The notes under the pieces were generated by a model that was given only the letters and a program-made list of their open reading frames with translations, made no database searches and had not been told where the DNA came from. DNA of 64,000 nucleotides, taken from NCBI GenBank assembly GCA_003156975.1, contig PMIE01000043.1:26618-90617 (forward strand), given 5' to 3'. Source of the stretch: Chloroflexota bacterium. Its GTDB lineage: Bacteria; Chloroflexota; Limnocylindria; Limnocylindrales; CSP1-4. The position numbers were made by a program, and so were the translations under genes. Positions 39,168 through 48,496 of this stretch are shown here, piece after piece (positions within the stretch are counted from its first letter, which is position 1; every line of letters starts with the position of its first letter).

Positions 39168-40660
39168 AGTACCAGGCCGGCAGCTTTGCCGCGGCGCGAA
39201 AAGGCCACTCCGATCGACCGGACCGAATGGAAGCTGAACTCACCAGATGGCTCGACGGACTCGAGCCGACCGGAACTCCCATCGCCCTGCGCCTCCGGAC
39301 TTTCGCCGATCTCCGGGAAGAGGCCGCGCGACCGCGGCGGCGATTCGCCCGGCTGGGACCGGCGCTCTCGTCGATTGGCTCGCTCGGGGCGATCGTCATC
39401 GGGGCGAGCCTGATCATGCTGGTCGCGGTCGTTGGAGCGACGGTAGACCATGCCCACGCAGTCGCAGGCGGGATGGCTCCGCTAACGGGCAGCGGGTCCG
39501 TTCCGCAGACGCCGGGGGACTTCTCGGACATCGGCTACGGCCCGGACCCGGTGGCACTATCGATTCTCTTCGCAGCGACGGCGCTGGCCGCCTGGGGCGC
39601 GCTCCAGACACGAGTCCGGCGATTCGTGGCGCGCGTGACGTACGGCAAGGACGAAGCTCCTGCCGGCGAGCCTCTCCCTTTCAAGCGGCAGCTTCGCCAC
39701 ATGCCGCGCGCGGCGTTGGCTACGGGAGCGATCGGGGCGTTGTTCGTGGCTTGGGAAATCTGGATGGTTCTCACCTATCAGGGCGCAGGGCTGATCCAGC
39801 CGAACTGGATTGTCTTCTTTCAGTGGATCGGGCTGATCACGTTCATCCCCTACTGCTCCATCGTGGCGCTGCGCTATCGCCTGGCAGATCGATCGAGCAG
39901 GCTGCTGCTTACGGCGACGACCGCGATGCTGGCCGCCTACGTCCTCGTTGCGGCTCTCCTCACGCTGGATCTGATGACGATCTACAGCCAGTGGCTGAAC
40001 GAGCTCGCTGAGCTGTCCACCAGTCTCATGGCGGTCTCCACCGTCGCTCTGGCCGCCGGCCTGGCAAGTCGCCACGGAGGAATACCGCGGCCTCCACTGT
40101 GGATCGCGTCAACCATCGTGGGTGGCTTCTTCTTGCTCGTTGCGGCCGGGTACTTCATCGTCGGGATGTGGCCGCACACGGCGGAGGGCTGGATCACAGA
40201 CGCCACCGGGATCCTGTCCAGTTGGCTCGGCACGGTCGGCTGGGCTGCGATCACATGGATTGGCCTCTCCGCCTGGCGGCAGAGAAGCTCATGGGGCTGG
40301 CGGCTGCTTCTGTTCGTTGGGGTTCTCGCCCTGCTGGACCGCGTCCCCGGGTACGTGCTCGGGATCTACTCCTCGAACTCAATTGCCACCTCGCCTGGTG
40401 GAGACGGGAGCCTCCTGGAAACGATCCGAATGCAGTACTTCTGGTGGAAGAGCACGGGCATGACCCTGGAGATGTTCGGGGTTCTCGTCGTCCTCGTGAG
40501 CGGCCTTCGGATCGCGCGGCCGAGTCTCGGGGACCCCGCTTCTCCGTTGCAGGACGACGAACTTGGGCCGATCCAGTCACCGGCCGAGGATGTCGCGAGC
40601 GCGAATCGGATGGACGGCGCGAGCAACGCGGCGGCGGACGGCATATCGGCGGACGCATAA
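39164..40660 (+). CDS. putative anti-sigma factor / polytopic membrane protein
   Basis: The ATG overlaps the sigma-factor stop as ATGA. A ~60-aa cytoplasmic N-domain is followed by ≥10 TM helices. Confidence 0.6.
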   Translation: MKYQAGSFAAARKGHSDRPDRMEAELTRWLDGLEPTGTPIALRLRTFADLREEAARPRRRFARLGPALSSIGSLGAIVIGASLIMLVAVVGATVDHAHAVAGGMAPLTGSGSVPQTPGDFSDIGYGPDPVALSILFAATALAAWGALQTRVRRFVARVTYGKDEAPAGEPLPFKRQLRHMPRAALATGAIGALFVAWEIWMVLTYQGAGLIQPNWIVFFQWIGLITFIPYCSIVALRYRLADRSSRLLLTATTAMLAAYVLVAALLTLDLMTIYSQWLNELAELSTSLMAVSTVALAAGLASRHGGIPRPPLWIASTIVGGFFLLVAAGYFIVGMWPHTAEGWITDATGILSSWLGTVGWAAITWIGLSAWRQRSSWGWRLLLFVGVLALLDRVPGYVLGIYSSNSIATSPGGDGSLLETIRMQYFWWKSTGMTLEMFGVLVVLVSGLRIARPSLGDPASPLQDDELGPIQSPAEDVASANRMDGASNAAADGISADA

Positions 40661-40684
40661 GTGGCCGGCGAAGCCGCCGGCCAC
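40661..40684. terminator. GC-rich hairpin at convergent gene ends
   Basis: gtggccggcg-aagc-cgccggccac starts immediately after the anti-sigma stop codon. A second hairpin (ctgaaaccg...cggtttcag) lies at ~40714-40742. Confidence 0.35.
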
Positions 40685-40745
40685 TGAGACTCGAAGTTCC
40701 GATCTGAACCACTGAAACCGACCCTACGGGGCCGGTTTCAGCTAT

Positions 40746-41684
40746 CTACGCCTCGTCGAGGTCGTCGGTCTCCTCTTCGAAGGCTTCCTCGCCGGTGATC
40801 TCGGCGGGCAGCACCCGATCGAGGTCCTGGATGCCCTCATCTTCTTCGTCGTCCTCGAGATCCTCTTCCATGAGCTCTTCCTCGCGGAGAAGCGTGCCCT
40901 TGGTATATGGGCGCAGGTCCGAGGAACGAGCGGCCGTTGGGAAGCTGACCTTGCCGTAGTTGCGGGGGTCCTGGAAGATCTCGCGGATGACGATCCGGAC
41001 GTCGCGATCGCCGAGCGACGTGATTCCGGCCGAGTACTTGTTGCCGTCGGCGAGCAGCTTGAGCAGGCGCGCGGCGACGCGCGGCTCGACGATGCCGATG
41101 AGCTGTCCGTTGGCGTGGGCGAAGAGCCGGTTGCCCTCGGCCATCAGCTCAACGGAGTCGCCCGGATTGACGTGAGCAAGGAGGCGAGGAGAGGCGAGGT
41201 CCGTCAGCATCGCGAAGCCGGTCTTGCCGGTCTCCTCCACGAAGATGGCAACGGGCGCCTTTTCGGCCTTCTCCGGCGGGGCGGTCTTGTCGCCGGCTTC
41301 GCTCATGAGAACGCGCAGCCGCTCGATGTTCCGCTCGGCGATTCTGTTCGTGGGATCCAGGGCGAGAGCAACCTGGTAGTGCTCCCGCGCTTCGCCCAGC
41401 TCACCCATCTCCCAAAGGGATTTGGCGAGGCGATTCTCGGCCTCGGCTTCTGGGCCGAACTCAAGGATCTTGCGGTTGGTCTCGGCCGCCTCCGCCCAGC
41501 GACCTGCGGCGCCGTGGCCGATCGCCTGTTCGGCCAGCTGTCGCTTGATCCGAACGGTGTTGCCGCCGGTGGTCTTTTCGATCTCGGGGAAGGCCAAGGA
41601 GATGTGTCCTTTCGTTGGCTGCGCCAGGCCGATTGCTGGAGCGGCGAGATGGCGGTGGTTGCCATCTCGCGGAAGGCATACCAA
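40746..41684 (-). CDS. TPR-repeat protein with a highly acidic C-terminal tail
   Basis: TPR-like helices appear in WAEAAETNRKILEFGPEA...GELGEAREHYQVALALDPTN. The C-terminal EELMEEDLEDDEEDEG...EEAFEEETDDLDEA is an acidic tail. The real start is more likely the TTG at 41597, which has AAGGA 9 nt upstream. Confidence 0.6.
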   Translation of the reverse strand: MVCLPRDGNHRHLAAPAIGLAQPTKGHISLAFPEIEKTTGGNTVRIKRQLAEQAIGHGAAGRWAEAAETNRKILEFGPEAEAENRLAKSLWEMGELGEAREHYQVALALDPTNRIAERNIERLRVLMSEAGDKTAPPEKAEKAPVAIFVEETGKTGFAMLTDLASPRLLAHVNPGDSVELMAEGNRLFAHANGQLIGIVEPRVAARLLKLLADGNKYSAGITSLGDRDVRIVIREIFQDPRNYGKVSFPTAARSSDLRPYTKGTLLREEELMEEDLEDDEEDEGIQDLDRVLPAEITGEEAFEEETDDLDEA

Positions 41685-41767
41685 TTCTGACGGCTGGAAC
41701 CCGTCCGGACATTGTTTCTAGCATCCTATTCGGGCTCTGTCAACGCGAGCCCAATTCAGCCGGGCCC

Positions 41768-42634
41768 TCAGCCCCTCCGAACGAAGACCCGCAGCTCGCC
41801 GGCCCACAGCTGGAGGTCCAGGACAACTTCCTCCGTTCTGATCAGATATCCCGTCAGTTCGAGCAGTTCGTTGTATTGCGGGATGGCCTGCTGGACGGTC
41901 TGATTGGCCAGACCGCCGTACGGCGGTTGTTCCGTGACGTCGTAGGCGCACCAGCGACCGTATCGGTCGACATAGGAGCGGTCCGACTCGCTCAGCGGTT
42001 CCGGCAGAGGATCCACCCAGGCCGCTCCATATGCCTCGAGCGTCCAGTCCGCGGCCGCATCGCACATCAAGACGAGCCCGTCGGCGAAGGTCAATTCGAT
42101 CGGGCCGTCGCTCGTGTTCACCTCGCCCTGGAACACGTAGTGGAGCCGCCGGATGCGCGTGATCTCCCGGCCCACCAGAGCTGGCGGGACGGATAGCCGG
42201 TTGGCGCGATTCCAGCCTTCGTGGCGCGGCAACCGCGCTCCCGGGGTCATGACCAGCGTCCGGAAGAGATGGTCCAGCGTGGCGGCGCAATCGCCGGTCA
42301 ATCCTGTGTGCACCTCGGAACGCCCGACCATCGTGCTGCTCGGCGATGACAACCAATGAAACCTTTCGGCCTTGGCGAGCGCCGCGATCGGGCCGGCGGA
42401 CGAGTCACCGCGGGCGACTCGCTCTATCCCCGCAAGCTGAGCGGCGATCTCATCCGCGTCGCAGTCCGGAGCGAGCGCCGTGAGACGGGTCACGTCCAGG
42501 CCCGTCCGGGCATCCAGGAAGCGCCGCTCCCTGCAGAACAGGACGACGCCGGCATTGATGAACTCGGCCCGTTCGACGCGTGGAACGGCCCGCAGGACTG
42601 TATACGTGAAGGGACTACGCGCCTGTGCGGACAC
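41768..42634 (-). CDS. DUF3037 domain protein with a C-terminal extension (partner of the HipA-like kinase)
   Basis: The GTG start has AGGAGG 6 nt upstream. The N-terminal FTYTVLRAVPRVERAEFINAGVVLF matches the DUF3037 consensus (YvPD..RgEfvNvGVil). Its 5' end overlaps the upstream kinase gene by 20 nt. Confidence 0.7.
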   Translation of the reverse strand: MSAQARSPFTYTVLRAVPRVERAEFINAGVVLFCRERRFLDARTGLDVTRLTALAPDCDADEIAAQLAGIERVARGDSSAGPIAALAKAERFHWLSSPSSTMVGRSEVHTGLTGDCAATLDHLFRTLVMTPGARLPRHEGWNRANRLSVPPALVGREITRIRRLHYVFQGEVNTSDGPIELTFADGLVLMCDAAADWTLEAYGAAWVDPLPEPLSESDRSYVDRYGRWCAYDVTEQPPYGGLANQTVQQAIPQYNELLELTGYLIRTEEVVLDLQLWAGELRVFVRRG

Positions 42635-43394
42635 GTTCCGCCTCCTGCGCGAGTGCTCGATGGACGGCCAGTCGACGGTTCAGGTAGTCGAGATATGCGG
42701 CCCTGTGGGCGGCTGGGTCCGGCAGGCCATCCTGCGGCACCAGCCAATCGTCGGGCACGGCCTCGACTATCGAGCGGAAGAGTTCCGCGGAGAGCAACGG
42801 GGCGAGCCGGTCGTCCGCTTCGACGATCGAGCCGGCGAGCGGCAGCAGGACGTGGCTCTTGATTGCGGCCAGCGGCTTGCGAGCGTGGGCCGGGACGTCC
42901 TTCCAGGTGTGGTGGATGTACAGGGCCGAGCCGTGGTCGATCAGCCACAAGCGGCGATGCCAGACCAGCAAGTTCGTGTTGCGGGCGTCGCGATCCACGT
43001 TGGTGACGAAGGAGTCGAACCAGACGACGGCTGCGCAGACATCGGCGGGAGGCCTGAAGCCGGCGGCCGGATCAAGGCCCAGAGAACCGGGCAGGAAGTC
43101 CAAACCAACGTTCACGCCGCTGCTGCGCTGGAGCAGTTCCCGGATCTCCTGGTCGGGTTCGGCGGCCGCCAGGCGCGGGTCGAAGTTCACGAGCACGATC
43201 TCCGGGACGAGCAGCCCAAGTGCCCGGGCGATCTCTCCGGCAATCAGCTCGGCGACGAGGGCCTTCTCGCCGTGACCTGCGCCACGGAACTTGGCCACGT
43301 ACAAGCCGTCGTCGTCAGCCTCAACCACCGCCGGCAGCGAGCCACCCTCGCGCAGCGGGGTCACGTAGCGTGTAGCGGTGACGTGACGGATCAC
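42615..43394 (-). CDS. HipA-like Ser/Thr kinase domain protein (PI3/4-kinase-like fold)
   Basis: FVTNVDRDARNTNLLV...WLIDHGSALY matches the HipA catalytic-loop consensus (GNTDRH.KN...D). LYVAKFRGAGHGEKALVAE is a Gly-rich loop. Length is 259 aa. Confidence 0.65.
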   Translation of the reverse strand: MIRHVTATRYVTPLREGGSLPAVVEADDDGLYVAKFRGAGHGEKALVAELIAGEIARALGLLVPEIVLVNFDPRLAAAEPDQEIRELLQRSSGVNVGLDFLPGSLGLDPAAGFRPPADVCAAVVWFDSFVTNVDRDARNTNLLVWHRRLWLIDHGSALYIHHTWKDVPAHARKPLAAIKSHVLLPLAGSIVEADDRLAPLLSAELFRSIVEAVPDDWLVPQDGLPDPAAHRAAYLDYLNRRLAVHRALAQEAERVRTGA

Positions 43395-43545
43395 CCGGCA
43401 AGTATCGGCCTATGGCCGGGACCCCGCACAGCTGGTACGACAGTACGGGCGTTGCGTAGGCCGTGGCGCCCGAAGTGGCCGCCGGCCGTGGCGTGAATTC
43501 GGGGAGTGGCGGCCAATTCGGGGAGTGGCGGCAGCCGCCGTTCCT

Positions 43546-44484
43546 CTATCTGGCCAGCATGCCCCAGACCATGACGACCGCGGCGGCGAAGCCGAGTGCG
43601 GCCAGTTCCTTGAGCAACGGGTAGTTGTCCTTGAGCGGGTCCCGCGATTCTCTGATGGCCATGACCAGGTAAGCCACGAACATCAGCAAGGCCGGCACGA
43701 ATAGCCGTGGCAGCCCGAGTGTCCGAAGCAGAGTTGCGGCGACGGCGACGGCAACGGCGTACTGGCCGGTTGCGACTATTCGAACGATGCGATCGGAGCG
43801 GTACGGCGACGCCAGGGACGCCAGCCGATACCCCACGCCGCCTGCCACCAGGGCATTGAGAACAACAAACTCGGCCAGCCGCGTGCTGCTCAGGGCTTCG
43901 TGAGCGAGCGCCAGACCACCGGGGACCAGACCGCCCGCTGCAACGAACCCCAGAAAAGCGAGTCCCATAGCAGTGAGGCGAACATCCAGCGGCCGGGGGT
44001 GGGGCGACAGCTCGGGAGTGTGAATGACCACCGGCTCGACCACGATCTGCGCCAGGCCGAACTCGGCTCGCGGCCTGGGGCGCATACGAACTGCAGGGGC
44101 AACCGCCATGCCGGAGGCCACGGCGCTATCCGCGAAGGAGGCAGGGTCCTCGGAGGCCGTGAGCACGTCGGGTGCCGTCTCGAGGTCGAAGGCCCAGGCC
44201 ACGACCGCGAAACCGAGCGCGAAATCTAGAGCCAGCCATGGCACCGGGGAGACGACGCGGGCAATCCCCGCGATCGAGAAGGCGGCAAGCGCCGGGAACA
44301 CCATCGGGATGAGGGGCATGCGCCACGGAAGCCACTCCCCCACGAGCGGGGCCGTAGCGGCGGCGGCGGCCACCACTATCAGGGCCGTAACCACGAGCGC
44401 CGGAATCGGGTCCAGCCAGTGGACGAGAACTGCGATCGAGGCCACCACTAGCCCGAGTTCCCGGGCCACATTTCGTTGCTGCAT
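43546..44484 (-). CDS. hypothetical polytopic membrane protein
   Basis: The start is placed at MQQRNVARELGLVV (ATG at 44484). Eight to nine hydrophobic helices follow. The longer ORF extension is rejected. Confidence 0.55.
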   Translation of the reverse strand: MQQRNVARELGLVVASIAVLVHWLDPIPALVVTALIVVAAAAATAPLVGEWLPWRMPLIPMVFPALAAFSIAGIARVVSPVPWLALDFALGFAVVAWAFDLETAPDVLTASEDPASFADSAVASGMAVAPAVRMRPRPRAEFGLAQIVVEPVVIHTPELSPHPRPLDVRLTAMGLAFLGFVAAGGLVPGGLALAHEALSSTRLAEFVVLNALVAGGVGYRLASLASPYRSDRIVRIVATGQYAVAVAVAATLLRTLGLPRLFVPALLMFVAYLVMAIRESRDPLKDNYPLLKELAALGFAAAVVMVWGMLAR

Positions 44485-44522
44485 TCGATCATGGTACGCA
44501 ACCACGACCGATCGCGGCATAT

Positions 44523-46394
44523 TCAGCGGCGAACCCCGTGTCGGACTGCGCCGGCGGCGACCCGCCCTGGCTTGCCCGAGACCCACTCGAGCAGCTCCGC
44601 GCGAGCTCTCGTATTCATCACCTGGTGAGGCTCGAGCCAGGCGCGGCGAGCCATTGCGGTGCCCCACCGGAGACTGTCCAGCTCCTCCGTTCGGTGCGCG
44701 TCGGAATCGATCGTGAAGACGCAGCCGAACTCCGCCGCCCGGCGCGCCCGAACGTCCGAGAGGTCGAGACGCTCATCCGACCCGTTCAACTCCAGGGCAG
44801 TGCCGGTTCGGGCAGCCTCCGAGAAGACGGCGTCCCAGTCCAGGTCCAGGTCGTCGCGGGAACCGATGTACCTGCCGGCCGGATGGGCAATGATGTCGAC
44901 GTTCGGGTTTCGAATGGCGGCCAGCGTCCGGGCGGTCAACTGGTCGCGCGGCTGCTTCCGTGAGACGTGGACCGAGGCGACGACCAGGTCGTAGCGGGCA
45001 AGCAGATCATCGGGGTAGTCGAGCGTGGCATCGGCCCGGACCTCCAGCTCGCAGCCGTGCAGCAGCCGGAAGCCCCCGGCCGGTGTTTCGGGCGGAGCCG
45101 TGCCCGCGGCCTCCTCCGCCTCGAACCGGCGATTGAGCGCCGCCACGATCTCCCGTTGCGTCTCAACCCGCTCGAGCGAGAGGCCGTGGGCGATTGCAAG
45201 ACTGACTGTGTGGTCGGTCAGGACAAGGTACGAGTAGCCACGCCGGCGAGCCGCCTCCGCCATCTGCTCGATCGTATGGACTCCGTCGGACCAATCGGAG
45301 TGGATGTGGCAATCGCCGCGAAGGTCGGCCGGCGTCACCAGGCGCGGCAACGTCCCGGCGAGACCGGCCTCCACCTCGCCGCGATCCTCGCGCAGTTCCG
45401 GCTCGATGAACGGCAGCCCGAGGAAGCCGTACGCCTCCGTCTCGGTCGCGAAAGTCCGCAATTCGGCCGGCTCGCCCGCCTCCCCCAGGGCCGGCTCGCC
45501 GTCATCGCGGAGTCGCAGATAGCCCTTCTCGGACAGACTCCAACCGATGTCGCGGGCCATGCCTCGAAGGCGGACGTTGTGTTCCTTGGAGCCTGTGAAG
45601 TGGATCAGATACGTGCCTGCCTCGCCGGGCGGCATGATCATCAGGTCAACCTGCGGGCCGCGAAGCAAGCGGACCGCGGCCTTGTGTGGGCCCTTCGCGA
45701 TCACGGACTCGACCGAGCCGAGCGATGTGAAACGTTCCACCAGCTCGAGCGGCCGATCGGTTTCGGCAAGCAGATCCAGATCGCCGATCGTCTCTCGCCG
45801 ACGGCGGAACGAGCCGGCCGGGTGGATCGATCGAAGGCCCGGCGCGCCCGACAGTTCGGCCAGAAGCGTCTCCAGGATCGCCTCGGCCTGGCCCAGTCGC
45901 ATCCGCTCTTGCCGGCTCTCGAGCGCAGCTATCCCCGCCAGAACACCTTGCTCGGTCTTCTCGGACATGCCTTTGAGGCCGCGCAACCCGCCGGACTCAG
46001 CCGCCCGCCGGAGATCGTCGAGCGTCTCGATGCCCAGTTCGTCGTGGAGTTGCCTTACCGTCCGCGGCCCGACGCCGGGAAGACTCAGCAGCGCCACCAG
46101 GCTGGGCGGCACCTCTCGGCGCAGGCGGTCGTAGAAGTCCATGTGACCGGTCCGGGCCAGCTCTTCGATCTTCTTCGCGATCGCATCCCCAACGCCGGGG
46201 ATCTTCGGCGGCTTGCCGTCCAGGTAGGCGCGCGAAACCTCGGCGGGCGAGTGGGCTATCGCGTCCGCGGCCTTGTGGTACGCGACCGTCTTGAAGACCA
46301 GCTCGCCCTTGACTTCGAGCATGTCGCCGATCTCGTGGAAGATGCGGGCCAACTCGGCGTTTGAAGGGATCGAGGTCGTTTCGGGCGCATCCAT
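44523..46394 (-). CDS. polX: DNA polymerase X family protein with C-terminal PHP phosphoesterase domain
   Basis: The N-terminal HhH motifs (IPGVGDAIAKKI, LPGVGPRTVRQL) and the nucleotidyltransferase motif GSFRRRRETIGDLDLL are present. The PHP domain (CHIHSDWSDG...HPAGRY) follows. Confidence 0.85.
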   Translation of the reverse strand: MDAPETTSIPSNAELARIFHEIGDMLEVKGELVFKTVAYHKAADAIAHSPAEVSRAYLDGKPPKIPGVGDAIAKKIEELARTGHMDFYDRLRREVPPSLVALLSLPGVGPRTVRQLHDELGIETLDDLRRAAESGGLRGLKGMSEKTEQGVLAGIAALESRQERMRLGQAEAILETLLAELSGAPGLRSIHPAGSFRRRRETIGDLDLLAETDRPLELVERFTSLGSVESVIAKGPHKAAVRLLRGPQVDLMIMPPGEAGTYLIHFTGSKEHNVRLRGMARDIGWSLSEKGYLRLRDDGEPALGEAGEPAELRTFATETEAYGFLGLPFIEPELREDRGEVEAGLAGTLPRLVTPADLRGDCHIHSDWSDGVHTIEQMAEAARRRGYSYLVLTDHTVSLAIAHGLSLERVETQREIVAALNRRFEAEEAAGTAPPETPAGGFRLLHGCELEVRADATLDYPDDLLARYDLVVASVHVSRKQPRDQLTARTLAAIRNPNVDIIAHPAGRYIGSRDDLDLDWDAVFSEAARTGTALELNGSDERLDLSDVRARRAAEFGCVFTIDSDAHRTEELDSLRWGTAMARRAWLEPHQVMNTRARAELLEWVSGKPGRVAAGAVRHGVRR

Positions 46395-46512
46395 CGAGAG
46401 AATGGTAGCCGGGGGGATGCCGGCACAGGCAAGTGGCACGCGAGGGGCCGCAGGCTGATCCTGCCAGGTCGCCGTCCGTCTGACGGCGACTACTCTGACG
46501 GCGATCAGGCGA

Positions 46513-48039
46513 TTACTTGGGCGCCTCGGATTGCCACGCCTCGACTACGCGGTCGCGGCCGGTTCTCTTGGCCGCGTAGAGCGCCCTGTCGGCGCGTTCG
46601 ACGATTTCGTCGATCGGCTCGCCCGCGAACTGCCCGGATGCCACGCCGACCGAGACGGTGACCCGTTCCTCCACGCCGGCCTCGGTGAGGTCCATCTCGC
46701 GCACGTTCTGGCGGATCCGCTCGCCGATCTCCAGAGCGATGCCATGCGACGGGTTGCGCAGCAGGACGGTGAACTCCTCACCGCCGAAGCGGACGGGCAC
46801 GTCCTCCTCCCGAACGGACAACTGGATGGCGTTGGCGATCGATCGCAGAACGATGTCGCCGGTCTGATGCCCATACCGGTCGTTGAGCAACTTGAAATGG
46901 TCGACGTCGATCGTCACGATGGCGACGCGATCGCTGGATCTGCGGCGGCTCGCGATCAGCCGGCAATACTCGTCGAAGTAGCGGCGGTTGGGGAGCTGTG
47001 TCAGCTGATCGGTTCGGGCTTCAGACTCGGCGGCCTGGTGCGAGTAGACGCGAGCCAGCGCCGCAGAGGCCTCGAAGGCAGCGCTGTTCAGCAGCCTCAC
47101 TGCGGCCTCGGGCCAGGCCTCGCTGGTCCGGCGCGACAGGACGATTGCGCCGGCGATGACTCGGCCCGATTGGAGCGGCGCGGCCAGGGTATTGCGCAGA
47201 CCGTAGACGTCCCGAAGCCGGTAGGCGATCCGGTCCGCTACCTCGCTGGCTTTCGCCTCCGCCTGGAAGGCGTTCCGGGAGCCCGTCCGTATGTTGCTCC
47301 GGAACGTGGCCGTCGCCACGTCCGCGGCCCCTGCCGGATCGCCCGAACGGTCGTGAGGATCGCGCCATACCGGAGTCGGGTCGCCGTCGACGAACCGCAG
47401 GGGCGTTCGGTGGGGCGCCTGTCCGGACAGCTCGCGCAGTCGGGCCTCTACCGGTTCCAGCTGGCGCAGCGGCATGACCGTATTCGACGCCGGCGTGCCG
47501 GAGAGCATCGACACGAAGGTCACGTCCAGGACCGTGCTTCCGGGCCTCAGTCGCACCACGGCGACGTGGTCCGCTTCGGTGGCTGCGCCAAGCTCGTGGA
47601 CGATCGCCTCGACCACCGCGTCGGGCGAGACCGATCGCGACAGGGCCCGCAATATGCGGCTGAAGCTCTCCGCCTCCGAGTTGCGCCGCTCCACTTCGAT
47701 GCCGGAGGCTCGGGCGTTCATGACCGCCGACGAGACGAGGCCGGTGATCGCGATCGACAGGGCCAGCTCCATTACGCCGCCGTGATGGACGAAGTACGCA
47801 ACGAGCCCCTGGCCCAGGAGAAGGACAACCGACATCGCGAGCAAAGCCCATGCCAGGAGAACGCGCGGAGCTCGCGCTCCTCCGTGCTCGTCGGAAGGCT
47901 CGTCGGCGCGAAGCCGGTTCGAAAGGGCCGACTGCCCAGATCGGGTACGGCGTCCAAGCCACCTGAGGGCCAGATCTGCCGGACCGCCGCGAGCCAGGAA
48001 GGCCTGGACCCGCAAGGCGACCGCGCGGAGGACCCACAT
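46513..48039 (-). CDS. diguanylate cyclase (TM/GAF-like sensor plus GGDEF domain with an active GGEEF site)
   Basis: RFGGEEF, LTQLPNRRYFDE and DVDHFKLLNDRYGHQTGD are present. The start is placed at MWVLRAV (48039). Upstream in-frame sequence is ambiguous. Confidence 0.8.
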   Translation of the reverse strand: MWVLRAVALRVQAFLARGGPADLALRWLGRRTRSGQSALSNRLRADEPSDEHGGARAPRVLLAWALLAMSVVLLLGQGLVAYFVHHGGVMELALSIAITGLVSSAVMNARASGIEVERRNSEAESFSRILRALSRSVSPDAVVEAIVHELGAATEADHVAVVRLRPGSTVLDVTFVSMLSGTPASNTVMPLRQLEPVEARLRELSGQAPHRTPLRFVDGDPTPVWRDPHDRSGDPAGAADVATATFRSNIRTGSRNAFQAEAKASEVADRIAYRLRDVYGLRNTLAAPLQSGRVIAGAIVLSRRTSEAWPEAAVRLLNSAAFEASAALARVYSHQAAESEARTDQLTQLPNRRYFDEYCRLIASRRRSSDRVAIVTIDVDHFKLLNDRYGHQTGDIVLRSIANAIQLSVREEDVPVRFGGEEFTVLLRNPSHGIALEIGERIRQNVREMDLTEAGVEERVTVSVGVASGQFAGEPIDEIVERADRALYAAKRTGRDRVVEAWQSEAPK

Positions 48040-48496
48040 GACCCTGAGCAGCGCAGCACCGACCAGGACGCGCAGGGAGAGTCCCCCTGGGTCCCTCCCA
48101 TCAGGATTCTGGGCACGGATCAGGCTCACCAGGGAAGCATGCGCCAAATGGGTCGGATTTCTCGTCGTTCCGGCGGGTACATGGAGGCTAGGGAGACCGG
48201 TACTTCCGTTCAATCTGTCCTTCTCGCGCGTTGACCCAACGCACGAATGCGGACTACACTCCCGCTTGGTCGAGGCAATGCCCGCAGGGGTTGCTGCGCG
48301 CCTCTCGGCCAGCCCCAATCCGTTTCGGAGGATATCTCCCTCAGTGGAGACCGGACCCCGTACCAACGGCGTCGCACGCGCTGACAGCGCGCCCCACGCC
48401 GAAATCCCTCATCTGGTCCGCCCGGCCCTCTAGCGGTGTGCGCCCTCCGGCGCAGGCCACCGACTGGCGGGGATGGACCCGCCGTCGAGGTGGCAT

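Noticed and set aside
42480-43496. 338-aa ORF on the plus strand
   Set aside because: It is antisense to the HipA-like kinase.
44967-46364. 465-aa ORF on the plus strand
   Set aside because: It is antisense to polX, with no RBS and junk-like composition.
46531-48234. 567-aa ORF on the plus strand
   Set aside because: It is antisense to the GGDEF cyclase gene, and the GGDEF frame is unambiguous.
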